64,000 nt of DNA from Pachysolen tannophilus NRRL Y-2460 (taxonomy: Eukaryota). Shown here piece by piece: positions 12,193-23,311 of the stretch (the stretch's first letter is position 1; every line of letters starts with the position of its first letter). Position numbers and translations under genes: made by a program. A model generated the notes under the pieces. The model was not told where the DNA came from. It saw nothing but the letters and a program-made list of their open reading frames with translations, and ran no database searches. Location: contig KV454012.1 in NCBI GenBank assembly GCA_001661245.1, positions 826,848-890,847 on the forward strand, read 5' to 3'.

Positions 12193-13905
12193 TTAAACTG
12201 AACTTATTTCGACTTTGCTTATTATTTTTTCCAAATCTTGGTTTGAATTTTCTGATCCTTCTTCTAATACTTCAGTTTCATATTCTTCATCTTCCATAGA
12301 CGGTTCCATATTGAGTTTTTCACATTCTTCTAATGTGAAAGCATTGAACATATCTGTCTTATCCAAAGCACCGGCATTTTTAACAGGAAAGATTAAGCAC
12401 ACGATATAGTAAAGCAGCAGGGGACATATAAAAGAGAAAACTGTACTATTATAATAAAAATCAATGATGTTTGTCTTAATCTCTATATCGGGGTTCACCA
12501 CTGCAATCAAACCTGGGATACCAGGAGCAACACCCGCCAAGAAACAACATATAGCTCTCCAATTGAAACCTTTGGTAAAATAAAAACTTCCATCTTTATC
12601 TGTGGTGTATAGTTCAGATATTGGAATTCTAGCTTTTCTAACAAGATGGAAATCAGTAACAATAATACCAATGATTGGTGTCATGATAACACCAAAAGAA
12701 GACATAACATTGATAAAGACACTCGAACTATTATAAAAATTCCATGGTTGAACACACCATGACAACGTTGCTGTTATTATACTACCACGGACAATATTTA
12801 TATATCTTGGTAATACACCTGCAAGATCCATTCCACCTGCAAATCCATTAGCTAGTACATTAAAACATAATTGAGATGAGGCAAAAGCGAGTCCACAAAA
12901 AAAGGCTGCTGCTCTTGGTCCTGCACTGTAATTGTCTGTCATCCAGCGAAGACAAATATCTGTTGGTAACCAATATTCATCACCATATAATTGTGATGTA
13001 GTTGAAGCAGATACCAACCCCATAAATGGTACAAATGTCCCCATAGTCATAACACTAACAATAATACCGAAATACATTTTCTTTTTTGACGATGCAAATC
13101 TAGAGAAATCTGATTGATTTGTAACATCTGGACTCAAAGCACTAGTCCAGATAGTTATAGAGTATAACCACATCCAACCTGTGTTCCATGAGGATAACTC
13201 TACTTTTTCTTGCCAAATAGGTCCTGGACCACCATTTCGATGTAGGCAATTCCCAAAAATGGCCATCATGGCAATCAATGCAATGATACAAGACCCATTT
13301 ACCCAAGAATTCATTTTCTCTGGTTTCATGAAAAAGAAGAAATATTGAATTATTTGGAAAACTAAGAAGCCAACGAAATCTCTTGTAGTCATTGCAAGTG
13401 AATCTGGAAATGTATTTTTCATATTCATAAAATTCTCAGACCAAGATGATAATATAACCACTATTGCAACTCCACCAAGCCAACTCTGTGATCCATAGAA
13501 CACAATAGATAAGACAATTCTGGTAACTATCCCAATTCCAGAACCATATATTCCAAATACCATTCTCTGGCACACGGTAAAACCAATGTGGAATTTTGAT
13601 CCTGGTGTTGAGTTCAAACAAGTATAAATACAAAAAATTACATTACCTATTATCAAAGAACCCATAGTTTGCTGAATATTTAAACCTAACGATAACATAG
13701 CAGAACCTGTTGACCAAGTCCAAATAGTAATCGATGGAACTGCCCAATACCCAAAAAATGACCAAAACCCCCATATTCTTCTATGTGGTGGCATAGGTTC
13801 CAAATCTGGATTTCTCAAGATACTCAAAGGTTTCCCATCATGAGGAACTTCAAAAATCTTAAGTCTTTCTTGAAGTCTTGTTAATCTTGTCTCAACAGCG
13901 GACAT
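12193..13905 (-). CDS. NCS1-family nucleobase/thiamine permease, Thi7/Nrt1-like
   Basis: LRNPDLEP..WGFWS, IGFTVCQRMVFGIYGS, VTNQSDFSRF, GGMDLAGVLPRYINIVRG, QPWNF; many TM segments. Confidence 0.9.
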   Translation of the reverse strand: MSAVETRLTRLQERLKIFEVPHDGKPLSILRNPDLEPMPPHRRIWGFWSFFGYWAVPSITIWTWSTGSAMLSLGLNIQQTMGSLIIGNVIFCIYTCLNSTPGSKFHIGFTVCQRMVFGIYGSGIGIVTRIVLSIVFYGSQSWLGGVAIVVILSSWSENFMNMKNTFPDSLAMTTRDFVGFLVFQIIQYFFFFMKPEKMNSWVNGSCIIALIAMMAIFGNCLHRNGGPGPIWQEKVELSSWNTGWMWLYSITIWTSALSPDVTNQSDFSRFASSKKKMYFGIIVSVMTMGTFVPFMGLVSASTTSQLYGDEYWLPTDICLRWMTDNYSAGPRAAAFFCGLAFASSQLCFNVLANGFAGGMDLAGVLPRYINIVRGSIITATLSWCVQPWNFYNSSSVFINVMSSFGVIMTPIIGIIVTDFHLVRKARIPISELYTTDKDGSFYFTKGFNWRAICCFLAGVAPGIPGLIAVVNPDIEIKTNIIDFYYNSTVFSFICPLLLYYIVCLIFPVKNAGALDKTDMFNAFTLEECEKLNMEPSMEDEEYETEVLEEGSENSNQDLEKIISKVEISSV

Positions 13906-14591
13906 ATATATGTATAAAAGGGGTATTAAAGAAATTTCACAGTATTACAATAATACCTGCATATATATCTATATATATTTATATAGATATTTTATTTGTA
14001 TGTACATATGTATATATATATATATATAGATGATATATAGATGAACAAATTTAATCTTTGATGATCGCTAATTGAATTTTGCTGTTCTGGTTTGCATCTA
14101 CTTATCATTTAAATTTGATGAAAAACCCCCCAAAAGTAATCTCCCAAAAATCCCGATAATACTTTCAATAATACCGTTTCAATTGTTTATCAAAGTCAAG
14201 ATTTTTTTTTTTTTTATCGACGAATCTTTTCGTTTCCTTCATTTTTTTACCTTTTTCAGGATGATGAGACAAGTTTAAGTTTATTTTTGGCGCCGAGACA
14301 TATTTGTTCTCTTATCGGGAATATGATCAAAGAAGTAACGGGCAGGCTTGCTGCATTGTACCTCCTGAAGCGGTCAAAGGTTAAGCCGCAAATGCAATTC
14401 CTTGAAATTTTATCATCATTTGATGTAGGAACAAAAATTAACTAAGATTTATATGATAAGATGATGAATGGTACTTCAAATTAAAACTATATATAGTCTA
14501 AAATAAAAATTTTCTTTTTTCTTTTTTAACAGGTTAAGTACGGAATAATAAATGATTATACAAATGGATAAAATAGTTATATGATATTTGA

Positions 14592-16451
14592 TTATTCTTC
14601 CAAAGCATCATGTTGCTCTTTAACAACTTTTAAAGCTTTTTGGAAAGTATCTATTAATTCTGATCTATCTTCCAATCCAATACTTATTCTGATTAAATTT
14701 CTATCGATCCCCCATTTTTCAACTTCATCCAATTCTTGGAAATAAGCCAAGATTACATAAGGTGAGCATAATGTAAAATTTGTTCCTAAAGAAGGGCCTT
14801 TTGAAAGTTTGACCTCATTGAAAAAACACCTAGCATCGTTTTCGTTTGCAAATACTATGGATATCAAACCTCCATATCCTCCCTTTGGAGTCTTTAACAG
14901 GTCATAATGTTTTCTTGTTGGAGATAAAAATGGATAATAAATATTTTTAATAAGTGGTGTTTCTTGAAATAATTTAACAGCAGCCATTGCATTCTCATTG
15001 ATTCTTGATGAACGTGATTCAAAATCTCTAGAATTTCTTTCTAAATAAATTGCATCTTCTGCCCAAAAACTTTCTGGTTCATAAAGTTCCTCATCCAATG
15101 TTTGTTTCAAGATTTGATAATGTTCAGAACTAGGATTTAATACTAAGGAACCAGCCATGACATTAGAATCTCCGCTAAATACTTTTGTCAATGATGATAC
15201 CAATATATCACAGTATGGCAAAACATGAATATTTAAGAAATTTCCAACTGTTTCATCTACAACCACAGTAAAGTTATAAAATCTCGATAATTCCCAAATC
15301 TTTATCAAATCTGGAGTTTTCAATAAAGGATTTGAAGGACATTCACAAACTAAAGTCAATATTTGTAATTCACCAGTCTCAAGTTTTCTTTCTAATTCTA
15401 ATAATGAATCATCATCACCAAAACCATAGAAATGTACACCTTGCCCCCATTTTTTCAAAATATTTAATGTATCAACATATGGGAACCCAAAACATACAGA
15501 TTTTTGTTTTGCTGCTCTTTCAGGGAAACTTAACAAAATCAGTTGGTGAGCATTAAAAATTGAAGCCATTCCTGATGGGAATAAATAAACATCATCTTTT
15601 GATAACTTATTTTTTTGATTATCATCGGCTTCATTAATTTTTGTACTAATTCTTTTTTGTAAAATAATTCTTGCTTCCTTATTGAATCTTAAATCCAAGT
15701 TTCTACCAAACCTTTCTTCTATAAAAGTTGAGTATTCTTTTTCCTGAGTAGGATTTGTTGTTGTTGTTTCTAAAATAGATCCAGCTGTTCCAGTTGAAGC
15801 AGACGCTTCCACGGGTGCAACGGTAGCTGTTACTGCAGTTGCTGTGGAAGAAGATGATCTCAAAGAAGATGACCTCCTCGAAGTTTTATTTTTCAGCTTT
15901 TGTTTCTGTTGTAAATCTTTTGAATTATGTTCTGATAATTCCAACAATTTTGGTTTTAATTCTGACAATATATATTCACCCATTCTTGAAGAAATACCTT
16001 GACCAGCATGTTGCCAATATTGCTTTGCTAAAGGATACTCACTTGAAGGGAAATATACAACACTAAAGTTTGTTTCTATTCTAATACTTTCATCTTCTCC
16101 CTGTGTTGGAGAAGGAGTTGAAAGTTGTAAAATTCTAACATTACAATTTGATAATAATGTCTTTTCCTTAATAAATTTTCTACAACTTTTAGCAATCTTA
16201 TAAGTTGGGAAAATCATACATCTTTCACCATCTTTACCATATGACAATTCTAAAAGATTTGACAACTCTTGAATCCAAGAATGTATGAAAAATCTTGGAT
16301 ATCCAGAATTCATCTTATTAACAACCCATTCTTGACCTTCTTCATAACCAACATTAGCTTCCCATGTAGGTAAAGTCACCGAAACAGCATGCAGAGTATA
16401 ATTCGGAATAGGCGCCCCAACCTCTTGAGAAATTATATCCTTGCTTTTCAT
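14592..16451 (-). CDS. STR2: cystathionine gamma-synthase
   Basis: HAVSVTLPTWEANVGYEEG, GYPRFFIH, SSLTKVFSGDSNVMAGS (PLP lysine), KGPSLGTNFTL. Confidence 0.95.
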   Translation of the reverse strand: MKSKDIISQEVGAPIPNYTLHAVSVTLPTWEANVGYEEGQEWVVNKMNSGYPRFFIHSWIQELSNLLELSYGKDGERCMIFPTYKIAKSCRKFIKEKTLLSNCNVRILQLSTPSPTQGEDESIRIETNFSVVYFPSSEYPLAKQYWQHAGQGISSRMGEYILSELKPKLLELSEHNSKDLQQKQKLKNKTSRRSSSLRSSSSTATAVTATVAPVEASASTGTAGSILETTTTNPTQEKEYSTFIEERFGRNLDLRFNKEARIILQKRISTKINEADDNQKNKLSKDDVYLFPSGMASIFNAHQLILLSFPERAAKQKSVCFGFPYVDTLNILKKWGQGVHFYGFGDDDSLLELERKLETGELQILTLVCECPSNPLLKTPDLIKIWELSRFYNFTVVVDETVGNFLNIHVLPYCDILVSSLTKVFSGDSNVMAGSLVLNPSSEHYQILKQTLDEELYEPESFWAEDAIYLERNSRDFESRSSRINENAMAAVKLFQETPLIKNIYYPFLSPTRKHYDLLKTPKGGYGGLISIVFANENDARCFFNEVKLSKGPSLGTNFTLCSPYVILAYFQELDEVEKWGIDRNLIRISIGLEDRSELIDTFQKALKVVKEQHDALEE

Positions 16452-17132
16452 CTCTTCAATATCAACAATATCAACAATATCAACAAGATCTATTGAAACA
16501 ATTATACTGATTGATTTTAAATGATTATGACTAACTTTTGTTGTAACCTCCTATCATTGCCATTTTTTTCTATGTGAAAAATTTTGATACTACAAAACAA
16601 AAAAAGCCAAAAGAAAAAGCGGAGAAGTTTTTCAGGAGAAGTTTTTTTTAAGGAAAAAACAAACTTCTCCGTTTTCCGCCAGTAGGAGAAAAAGTGACCT
16701 TTGATTGGTAGGTAAAGTAGGTAAAGTAGGTAAAGTAGGTAGTAAACAATAGATTAAGAGTTTTGTTTAATTCATCATTTACAAAAGAATATTACATCAA
16801 CCTAAGGTCAATGGGGTTTGACCTTTATCCCCTTTCTTTAAAGTATAGTAAGTATAGTTTTTGAAATTGGTTAAAGTGAAAGAGAAAAAAAAAATTAAAA
16901 AAAAAATAAAAAAAGAAAGAAAAGAAATAAAAGTAAAAAAATACTTTTTAATCATTTCTTTTGTTTCTGTGCATATATAATAACAATCAATTCCATCAAA
17001 AACAAATCTTTCTAGCTTTATTTCTAACATCAAATTCTTTCCAACTTGCCAATTTGTAGTTCATAACTTGGTCATCGCATTCTCTTCATCCCACCAATTG
17101 TTCTCTATTAATATTATATATTCATCTTATCT

Positions 17133-17413
17133 TTATTTTTCCGAAGGTAAAATCTCAATGACCTTTTCACCCTTGTTGAATCTTGGATGTCTTGGATCAT
17201 TGATGAAAGCATCTGAGTTCATTTGAGCCTTGGCAGCACCACCAATTAAGTAGTAAGTAATACCCGCTAAACAAGTCAAAATTTAGTTAGTACACATCCA
17301 TTTCCAAAAATAAAAAATAAAAAAAAAAATACATCAATTATTTACGTACCACCAACAAAAAATGGCCAGTATGGTTTTAAAAGTGGAGTTGCAAATCTAG
17401 TATATGAAGCCAT
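17133..17413 (-). CDS. ATP18: mitochondrial ATP synthase subunit i/j; exons 17413-17350 and 17266-17133
   Basis: Spliced product MASYTRFATPLLKPYWPFFVGAGITYYLIGGAAKAQMNSDAFINDPRHPRFNKGEKVIEILPSEK matches Atp18 (TP.LK.YWPFF, FINDPR.PRF). Intron has GTACGT, TACTAAC (17292-17286) and TAG. Confidence 0.93.
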
Positions 17414-17714
17414 TGCAAATAAATTTTTAACTGATTGAAAATTTATAAATGAATATTATAATCTTTTTGTGACACTATATTATTACTACAATATATATTG
17501 CTGAAAGTTTTAAATCGAATTTTATTCGTTCACAAGAGAAATTTTGAAAAAGGACAAAAAAAATTAAATTAAAAAAAAAAAAAAAAACTACCCGGACATT
17601 GGTAATTTCGGCACTACCTTTTTCTTTTGTGTGGTGTAAGGTGTAGGTGGTGTACAATGGTGTAGGGTTTATATTGTTGGAGCAAGTGCTGTGATGGGTG
17701 TAGGGTGTGATATT

Positions 17715-18677
17715 CTATATGGCTAAAGTTATGCTATATATGCGAATCTCTGGAGTGTTGTCGTTCAACCATACAAGACTATTATTGGTGGTGGTATTTG
17801 CTAGTCTTTTGTCAATTACGTTATAGTTGAATTCATTTTTGGATAACAATTTTTCAAACTCATTGATTGTGTTTTCATTTCTTATTGTTGATGCTATTAT
17901 AATCTCTTTAACATTTGTATTTTGGAAACCTTGCTTGAAACATGAAATCAAATCTGGAAGTTCGGTCTGATCATAGGTTATATCTGCTCCGACAATAATA
18001 TCTATATCTGTTGTTGGGAAAGAGTCTTTAGACCACCAAAGTTTACAACACCTTATCGCATTATTATGAAGACTATCTCTTGGAACCAGTATATCATTTA
18101 AAGACAAGTTAGATGTATGGAGCGTTTCAATCAATGACAAGTTACCATCTGTCATAATTATATTTTTAACAATTTTTGTTGATGTTTCAATCAAATATTT
18201 ATAAATCGATAATCCAATTAATCCAGTACCAGTACCTAATTCTAGTAAACTTAAATTCTCAATTTTTTTAGACTTTAAGTAATCTCCATTAACTAAAAAA
18301 TCAGCTAAATATATTGAAGCCTCCCATGTTCTTAACCCTGTTGTTCCTAACCCACTAATCAATTTTGGAGTTTCTTTAATTTTTATACTCTTGGTAATTT
18401 TTTTACTTATTGAATATTCAACAATATCATAATCTGTAGGTGCCAACAGCTTCAGAGGTAATAATCTAACATAGGTATCATATACAAGTTCATCTATTTC
18501 CAAATTTCTCGTTTCTAACTCTGCAATTAATTTCTTAAGAAAACTTTTAACATAATAAGAGTTTAACGGTATAATATCTTCAATTATTGAGATTACACGT
18601 TGTTGCAGATTAATCGTATCATCACTACTTGTATCTAATAAGTCATCTGGTATGGCAATAGATGAAATTGGCACTCG
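17715..18677 (-). CDS. EFM3: protein-lysine N-methyltransferase Efm3/EEF2KMT, gene body lacking its first 10 codons
   Basis: GTTGLRTWEAS, LELGTGTGL, MTDG, GADITYD. No ATG at the 5' end; the missing start MDILSSRLRQ is on the + strand at 19468-19497. Confidence 0.88.
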   Translation of the reverse strand, partial: RVPISSIAIPDDLLDTSSDDTINLQQRVISIIEDIIPLNSYYVKSFLKKLIAELETRNLEIDELVYDTYVRLLPLKLLAPTDYDIVEYSISKKITKSIKIKETPKLISGLGTTGLRTWEASIYLADFLVNGDYLKSKKIENLSLLELGTGTGLIGLSIYKYLIETSTKIVKNIIMTDGNLSLIETLHTSNLSLNDILVPRDSLHNNAIRCCKLWWSKDSFPTTDIDIIVGADITYDQTELPDLISCFKQGFQNTNVKEIIIASTIRNENTINEFEKLLSKNEFNYNVIDKRLANTTTNNSLVWLNDNTPEIRIYSITLAI

Positions 18678-19330
18678 GACTGGGTAAATGGGATGAAATA
18701 ATTTCTAAAATAGAGTGTGGTCCATCTCAAAGACATTTTTTTAAAAGGAAAGAAGGTCTTACATTGAAAAATTATACTTATGTAAAATTAAGACAATATC
18801 CAGATGGAGGAATTGCAAGATTTAGACTTTATGGAACTGTGATTCCAATTATACCTTTAAATATTAATAGTACTGTATTAGATTTAGCAAGTGCAAAAAA
18901 TGGAGGAATTGCTGTTGCATATTCTGATCAACATTTTGGAAGTGCTGATAATTTATTATTACCTGGTAGAGGTCATGATATGTCTGATGGTTGGGAAACA
19001 AAACGTTCAAGAACTCCAAATCATATAGATTGGGTCATTACTAAGTTGGGGAATAAAACTAAAATTCAAGAAATTGTTGTAGATACAGCTCATTTTCGTG
19101 GTAATTTCCCCCAATTTGTTAAAATATTAGGAATAAATAATGAAAAACAAGTTCCTGAATTACCAGATGATTTATGGGATATATTAGTTGATAAAAGTAA
19201 AACTTTTGCAGATAAAGAACATTCTTTCAAAGTTCCAAGCAGTGATAAATCTTATACTCATGTAAAGATGATAATCATTCCAGATGGTGGTGTTAAAAGA
19301 TTAAAAGTTTTTGGAACTATTTCTTTGTAA
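18678..19330 (+). CDS. DAL2: allantoicase, C-terminal part (inside the inverted segment)
   Basis: ECGPSQRHFF, YPDGGIARFRLYG, SDQHFG, DGWETKRSR, VDTAHFRGNFP, IPDGGVKRL. Confidence 0.92.
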
Positions 19331-19467
19331 AAAGAGTATTATTTTTAAAGCATTGTATAAATTTTCACTGGTAAAGTAAAAGTAAAAGTAAAGTAAAAAA
19401 AAAAAAAAAAAAAGAAAAAAAATTTCTTAAACAACAACAATTAATAAAAGATTTATATAATATTTAA

Positions 19468-19497
19468 ATGGATATTCTATCAAGTAGATTACGTCAG
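19468..19497 (+). CDS. EFM3: displaced first 10 codons of EFM3 (MDILSSRLRQ)
   Basis: Joins in frame to CGA GTG CCA (RVP) at 18677 on the minus strand, recreating the Efm3 N-terminal RLxQRxP motif. Confidence 0.8.
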
Positions 19498-19852
19498 CCA
19501 AATCATCAGTGGCTTCAACTGAAATAAATGGAGCATGATTCCCATTGAAAAAAGTAGTATCAATCTCTGCAGCAATTATTTTTGCAGAAGAAACACCCAT
19601 TTTAATAATAACAAAATCAGATTCTTCTTCATTATGTCTTCTAGTTTCCCAACCATCATACCATGCACCCGAATAAACAAATTTTGTTGGATCACGAATT
19701 GGAGGTTTTGGTTTAATCAAATTTTCAGCAGATGCAAACCATTCATCTGAAAATTCTACAATTTCACCACCTAATTTTTCACCAATGACGTCTATATGAT
19801 TACAGACTATTTGGTCATGAAATTCTTTTTCAGCAAGGATCTCAACTGACAT
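19498..19852 (-). CDS. DAL2: allantoicase, N-terminal part
   Basis: FSDEWFASAENLIKP, WYDGWETRRHN, EIDTTFFNGNHAP. Homology stops at about 19498 and the ORF runs on into non-homologous sequence. Confidence 0.92.
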
Positions 19853-20599
19853 TATTATTATTATTATTATTATTAATTTTTTTTTTATTCGACTCTTTAC
19901 ACACAGCTATCCCGGACTTCTTATGAATTAACAAATCCTTGCCAAAACGTTAGTATTTATATACTTGAAATCTCTTAAAACTTCATTATCGGATTAGGCC
20001 GAGATTTTTTTTTTGACAGAGAAAAAAAAAAGAGATAAGAAAAATGATACATGTGTAAATTGGATTTGTTAGTCAATTTCAACCGCTTGAAAAGGTTTTC
20101 TTTAACTTTATTTAATCGATACCTGTAAGGAATTTAGATTCATTTTCACTGTTATGTAGAGGTGGAGATATTCTTGAAATTGAGTGGATTTTTTATCTTT
20201 GGATTTTTTTCTTTTTATTGCTCGATTTACTGTTAGATAAAACCTATATTGATTTCCCTTAATAATATGAATGTACAACAGCCGCAGTGCACACAGTACA
20301 CGCAGTTCATGAAGTTCACCAAGTGCAAACAAGAGAACCTTGGAGGAAACATCTTATTACCTAGATAAAATATAAACTTATTTTCTTTCTGTATCATTAT
20401 TATTCAAGCTCAGTGGGTTGTCAATTTTACATGATATTTCTTGTTATAGTTATGTGTTGTTGTTGTTGTTGTTGTTCTTTAGTATTAATTATCTCTTGTT
20501 GTTGCGGAGATAGTAGTATATGACCTTCCCCATTAGGAAATCTCTCTATATATTTTTTTCTTTCTTTGCTTTTTTTCACTTTGTTTCTCCATCTTTTCG

Positions 20600-20631
<32 letters not shown>

Positions 20632-20706
20632 TCACAATTAGCGCATATTAATAAGTTGAAGGATTCATATTATTAAAAAAAATTTTTTTTTCTGAGGGAA
20701 TGTATA

Positions 20707-21678
20707 ATGTGTATCTTACTATCTGCATATAATGCTCATCCAGACTATGCGCTTATACTTCTTTCAAATAGGGATGAATATTTTGTAAGAAAGACTTCAC
20801 CTGCAAGTTATGATAAGAAAACAAATACTATAGCGCCTTATGATCTTTCTAGACCAGAATGTGGGACATGGATAATGTTAAATACCAAGACCAACAAGTT
20901 GGCTATCTTGCTTAATTTTAGGGAAGAAGATGATGATGAACAAGTTGCAAAGCTAGGTAATCTGGTTTTAAGTGCATCATCATTAAAGAATTCATTAATA
21001 TCTAGAGGTTTAATACCAATGATTTATGCAAGAGATGGATTAGAAAATGATAAAGGAGAAGATGATTTACAAAAAAAATTAGAATCAGAATTTGGATATC
21101 CAGATAATAATATTGGTGGTTTTAGTTTAGTATTTGGTAATTTACAAAAATTAATTACGAAAAAGGATACAATGTATATTTTATCCAATAGAGCAAAAGA
21201 TTCAAGTAAACAACCAATTTTTAATAAAGATTATTCAAAATCATATTTTGTTTTTTCAAATTCATCAATTGATATTGATACAAAATGGCGTAAAATTGAT
21301 GTTGGAACAAATTGTTTAAAAGAATTAATTGAAAAAAATTATAATTTAAATGAAAAAGATTTAATTAATAAATTATTTGAATTATTATCTAAAAATGATT
21401 TAAATTATTCTTGTAAAGATTTACGTCAAAATTTTCAAAATTTAAAAGATACTATATTTGTACCACCATTAATAAATAATGATAAACTTTTAAAAGATGG
21501 TAAATATGTTGGACAATATTATGGTACAAGAACTCAAACAATAATATTAATCAATAAAAATGGAGATTTAAAATATATTGAAAAAACTTTACATTCAAAA
21601 GATTCTTCTGAAGTTGAAAATTCTTTTAAAAATTTTGAATATAATATTTTTAACAATGAAAATGTTAAGGAATATTAA
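20707..21678 (+). CDS. NRDE/TANGO2-family protein (YGR127W-like)
   Basis: MCIL start, NRDEYF, GTW, SRG, GGFSL and YGTRTQT motifs. Confidence 0.9.
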   Translation: MCILLSAYNAHPDYALILLSNRDEYFVRKTSPASYDKKTNTIAPYDLSRPECGTWIMLNTKTNKLAILLNFREEDDDEQVAKLGNLVLSASSLKNSLISRGLIPMIYARDGLENDKGEDDLQKKLESEFGYPDNNIGGFSLVFGNLQKLITKKDTMYILSNRAKDSSKQPIFNKDYSKSYFVFSNSSIDIDTKWRKIDVGTNCLKELIEKNYNLNEKDLINKLFELLSKNDLNYSCKDLRQNFQNLKDTIFVPPLINNDKLLKDGKYVGQYYGTRTQTIILINKNGDLKYIEKTLHSKDSSEVENSFKNFEYNIFNNENVKEY

Positions 21679-21948
21679 AATAATCTCAATATTAGAAAAC
21701 TACAAATTTAAATTAATTTTAAATCAAATTGATTTGCTTTGCTATTTATATTTTTCTTTCTTTTTTAGCTTCGTATTAAATATATAATAATTAAGTTTAG
21801 CTTTCCAAAAAAAACAAGAACAAGAACAAAAAAAAAACAAATTAAGACACCCATTTCCACCATTAGAAGTAACCTTTTAACCTTCAATAAATATAATACA
21901 TCAATTCTGATTTTTTTTTTGTTTGTTTGTTTGTTTGTTTGTTAGTGC

Positions 21949-22329
21949 TTATCTGCACAATTGAACATTACTCAACCTTTCTGTTAATTCTGTATCATCT
22001 TTAGCAAAATTTTGCTCTATTTTTTTACTATCCTTTGTTTTATTTACCGCTGATATTGGCGCTTCTTTATTTCTTTCTGTTAAAATCCCATTTGATTTTA
22101 TAGCTGATACTTTGGGGCTGCCTCTTTTTTTAAAATGACTAACATTACGGTGTTGTAATTCGCCTTCATATTCATCAATATTATTATTATTATTATTATT
22201 ATTATTCTGTTGTTGATTACTCTCTTCATCAGAAAAGACTTTTGATGTTAATTTCGAGTCATGAGGCCTTGCTATCTTTGTCACCAATTTATCTGTATGT
22301 TTGTAGTAAAGATAATTGTGTAGAGCCAT
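21949..22329 (-). CDS. hypothetical small hydrophilic protein (126 aa)
   Basis: ATG-initiated ORF with coding-like composition and a poly-Asn tract, flanked by AT-rich intergenic DNA. No family recognised. Confidence 0.65.
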   Translation of the reverse strand: MALHNYLYYKHTDKLVTKIARPHDSKLTSKVFSDEESNQQQNNNNNNNNNIDEYEGELQHRNVSHFKKRGSPKVSAIKSNGILTERNKEAPISAVNKTKDSKKIEQNFAKDDTELTERLSNVQLCR

Positions 22330-23311
22330 AGTAATAGTATTAATTCATATTTATTTCTTATTATTATTATTATTATTATTATAATATATATATAAACAAA
22401 ACCTTATTCAATTCTAAAGATTATTACAAAATTACAAATCTCTTTAGATATATATATATATATATATATATATAATTGAGAATTATTTTTTATAAATCGT
22501 CATCAGGCGGAATTCATTATTCAACTCATAGTAAACCATAGATTCAAAGTATTATTTCTTATTGTTATTGTTATTAATAAACACAATAAAAAAAAAAATT
22601 TTTTTTTTTTCCTTTTACAAAAATGGGATGATTTTTAAATAAAATAAAAAAAAAAAAAATTTTTTAAACGCAAGATGGCGGAAAGGCCAAATGAAAAAGT
22701 TGAATACCGAGAGCAAACTTCTAGACGTTCATGCTTCTTTCATGCTAGAATATTATTTTAGACATTGAATCTTTTCTTTTGGTATTTTGCCTTATATCTT
22801 TTTATAACAGTAATAGGTAGCGAGTTAGTTTACAAATTTAAATAATAAGAACAAATTTAAAGTAGATCTAGCTAGCTATAGTTTTTTTTTTTACATACAC
22901 CAATAAATAATAAAATTTCCATTTAATTTTCATTTCTCCTCTTTTTTTTTTTTTTTTACTTTAAAATTTTTTTGATGATTAATTCTTTTGTTAACCTCTG
23001 ACCATTTCTTCTATTTTGTATTTTTTTTATAATTAAATAACTAACTTAACTTAACTACTTATTTTTTGCTCTTGTTTCGTTTGAACCGAAGAAATAAATA
23101 AATAAAATAAATAAATAAAAAAATTATTTAAAAAGAAAAATGTGTCGTGTTTAAGTGCACAAATTCCCGTTTAGGAAATTGCAATGTTGTACCCAAAAAA
23201 TCTTCATAAAACCTCATCAAGAGAACAAAGGAAGATATATATATATATATATAAATATAATTTGTAAAAAATAGAATCTTTATATATACATGTATTTGTT
23301 GTTGGTTGAGG

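Larger units (their letters stand above)
18678..19497. other. 820-bp inverted segment disrupting DAL2 and EFM3
   Basis: Reverse-complementing 18678-19497 gives uninterrupted minus-strand DAL2 (335 aa) and EFM3 (330 aa). Confidence 0.9.

Noticed and set aside
13906..14590. TPP riboswitch upstream of the Thi7-like permease
   Set aside because: No CUGAGA core or flanking intron signals were visible.
18670..19510. Recombinase-type inverted repeats at the inversion ends
   Set aside because: Only 1 bp of inverted microhomology was found, and there is no recombinase gene in the window.
18662..19852. Two independent convergent allantoicase-domain genes, or a naturally split enzyme
   Set aside because: The break falls inside the first allantoicase repeat, the ATG at 18662 is antisense EFM3 sequence, and one inversion explains both DAL2 and EFM3.
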